From NCBI GenBank assembly GCA_030425195.1, contig JAUIAV010000025.1, positions 2,877 to 66,876 of the forward strand: a stretch of DNA of 64,000 nt, read 5' to 3'. This document shows, one piece after another, positions 63,254 through 64,000 of this stretch (positions are counted from its first letter, which is position 1; each line of letters starts with the position of its first letter). The translations under genes and the position numbers were made by a program. Origin of the DNA: Gammaproteobacteria bacterium. Its GTDB lineage: Bacteria > Pseudomonadota > Gammaproteobacteria > Pseudomonadales > Azotimanducaceae. The notes under the pieces were generated by a model. The model did not search any database. It was given only the letters and a program-made list of their open reading frames with translations, and had not been told where the DNA came from.

Positions 63254-64000
63254 TCAGCCCGCCAGGAAGTTCTGGGTGAGGCTCAGAAACTCGTCCAGCT
63301 GGTCGTGATGCACCCAGTGGCCGGCACCGTCGATGTTCACCACCTGAACGTCCTGGAAGTGTTCCGCCCGTCCGTCCTTCGCCGGATCCGACGCCCAGGA
63401 CTCGCTGCCGCGAACGAGCAGAGTGGGACAGGAGATCCTGCGCCAGAGCTCGTGCTGGGCTTCGAAGGGCAGACCGATGGGGGAGAAGTTGCGCACGTAG
63501 TTGTCGAACTTCCAGCTGTAGGTGCCGTCCTCGTTCTGATTGCTGCCGTGGATGGTCAGATGGCGGGCCTGTGCTTCGGTGAGGTGGGGGTTTTCGGTCT
63601 GCATCCGTTCGTAGGCCTCCTCCAGCGACGGGTATCGCCGCGGCAGGCGGCCCGATGACTTGCGCAGATCCTGGACCCAGGTATCCAGCCGCTGCTGGAT
63701 GGGGACGTCGATCCGGCCCCTGATCATCTCGGGAGACGGGCCCATCCCTTCGATGACGATCAGTTTGGCCACCGTCTCCGGGTAGAGTCCCGCATACGTC
63801 AGGGAAACGCCGCCGCCCATGGAATGGGCGAGGATGGTGACCGGATTCATCTTCTTCTGATGAATCAGCTGGGCGATGTCATAGACGTAGTCCACATGGT
63901 TGTAACTCGATCCCACCGCCCACTGGCTGTCGCCGTGACCACGCAGATCCGGCGCGATGATGTGGTAGTCGTCACGCAGCGCCTCGGCTACCCAGTCCCA
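63254..64000 (-). CDS. Alpha/beta hydrolase, 5'-truncated by the window edge
   Basis: The frame stays open to base 64000 (…APDLRGHGDSQW…). Nucleophile elbow HSMGGG and a late GHWVHHD His region. It ends 8 nt before the next gene's start. Confidence 0.85.
   Translation of the reverse strand, partial: WDWVAEALRDDYHIIAPDLRGHGDSQWAVGSSYNHVDYVYDIAQLIHQKKMNPVTILAHSMGGGVSLTYAGLYPETVAKLIVIEGMGPSPEMIRGRIDVPIQQRLDTWVQDLRKSSGRLPRRYPSLEEAYERMQTENPHLTEAQARHLTIHGSNQNEDGTYSWKFDNYVRNFSPIGLPFEAQHELWRRISCPTLLVRGSESWASDPAKDGRAEHFQDVQVVNIDGAGHWVHHDQLDEFLSLTQNFLAG

Noticed and set aside
1-64000. CRISPR arrays, transposons/IS elements, prophage or defence-island genes.
   Set aside because: I saw no direct-repeat/spacer arrays and no transposase, integrase or phage structural signatures. 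No recognisable restriction, toxin-antitoxin, retron or CBASS-type genes turned up while reading the ORF translations. The only tandem repeat is the 45-bp (9x5) unit at 36722-36766.

Overview
GC-rich chromosomal segment from a gammaproteobacterium. I saw no transposases, integrases, prophage genes or CRISPR arrays. About 60 credible CDS and 2 tRNAs are present, and genes are tightly packed with many ATGA/GTGA/TGATG start-stop overlaps.

Bases 1-12,100 are a housekeeping block with Pseudomonas-like synteny:
- plus strand: mltB-rlpA-dacA-ybeD-lipB
- minus strand: moeB-prmC-prfA-hemA
- plus strand: lolB-tRNA-Gln-prs-rplY-pth-ychF
- ispE and lipA are missing from their usual positions.

The rest is metabolic and accessory-looking:
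- small secreted or unknown proteins around a tRNA-Met, then a Cys-type arylsulfatase
- two acyl-CoA dehydrogenase / enoyl-CoA hydratase clusters, one headed by a divergent second Prs-like gene and one containing a flavin reductase plus luciferase-like monooxygenase
- a TonB-dependent receptor, an APC permease, cmoAB, convergent ppk1/ppx, a lemA-M48 peptidase pair, a MATE pump and an Fpg/Nei glycosylase.

Most interesting loci:
1. An orphan CbbQ/NorQ AAA+ ATPase and CbbO/NorD VWA pair, translationally coupled to a two-module VOC-fold protein, with no Rubisco or NO reductase in the window.
2. A retropepsin-like protease / 7TM-transglutaminase-like / RimK-like ATP-grasp triad.
3. A perfect LexA box over the promoter of a PA0069-family radical SAM gene, whose 5' end carries a perfect 9-bp x5 in-frame tandem repeat.
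4. A Prs-like paralogue at the head of an acyl-CoA operon.
5. A CinA-like / NMNAT-like fusion protein.

All functional calls come from motif and family recognition by eye. No database searches were run.
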